From contig CAYFTI010000001.1 in the NCBI GenBank assembly GCA_964346065.1, forward strand, positions 241 to 64,240: a stretch of DNA of 64,000 nucleotides, given 5' to 3'. The notes under the pieces were generated by a model. The model saw only the letters and a list, made by a program, of their open reading frames with translations. It was not told the DNA's origin and searched no databases. The number at the start of each line of letters is the position of its first letter. Positions within the stretch are counted from its first letter, which is position 1. Position numbers and translations under genes: made by a program. The DNA comes from an uncultured Hyphomicrobiaceae bacterium (lineage in GTDB: Bacteria > Pseudomonadota > Alphaproteobacteria > Rhizobiales > Rhodomicrobiaceae). Shown here piece by piece: positions 63,990-64,000 of the stretch.

Positions 63990-64000
63990 ATGAGTGTAGC
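63990..64000 (+). CDS. start of the next ORF, probably chlorophyllide a reductase subunit X (truncated by the window end)
   Basis: An ATG lies 2 nt after the bchC stop. Only 3 codons are visible, so the call rests solely on the usual bchC-bchX-bchY-bchZ order. Confidence 0.3.

Overview
This is a visibly GC-rich alphaproteobacterial chromosome segment with two parts, and I saw no rRNA, tRNA, CRISPR array, transposase or integrase.

(1) Positions 1 to about 30.3 kb are core housekeeping genes:
- A complete suf Fe-S operon on the minus strand: Rrf2 regulator, NifS-like desulfurase, sufB, sufC, sufD, sufS and a DUF59/SufT-like gene. Irr-like and RirA-like boxes lie upstream.
- gluQ, two cell-wall amidases, djlA, a GapR-like DUF2312 gene, an N-formylglutamate amidohydrolase fused in frame to DUF1244, glycerate kinase and pyk.
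- An EF-G paralog, msrP, rne, amiC, mrcA, and prfB with its classic +1 programmed frameshift.

(2) Positions 30.3 kb to the window end are a photosynthesis gene cluster (PGC):
- Minus-strand operon bchG, pucC-like, bchP, tspO, orf92.
- Regulator pair ppaA/aerR and ppsR.
- A roughly 20-kb same-strand, tightly packed run: bchF, N, B, H, L, M, lhaA, puhA, puhB, puhC, orf115, acsF, puhE, hemA, bchI, bchD, tspO2, bchO.
- A DUF3422 membrane protein plus a 45-aa ORF, then crtC and crtD on the minus strand, then crtF, bchC and the first codons of a probable bchX.

Several TGT-N12-ACA (PpsR/CrtJ-type) palindromes sit in the expected promoter gaps.

The most unusual points:
- The DUF3422 module occupies the slot where crtI and crtB normally lie.
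- There are two divergent TspO paralogs.
- Two uncharacterised ORFs (orf92 and orf115) are embedded in PGC operons.
- A perfect 20-bp palindrome lies between ppsR and bchG.
- crtC has no ATG start and overlaps crtD out of frame.
- There are two large non-coding gaps (rne to amiC, and upstream of the EF-G paralog).

All protein identities come from motifs I recognise in the supplied translations plus gene order. No alignments or database searches were run.
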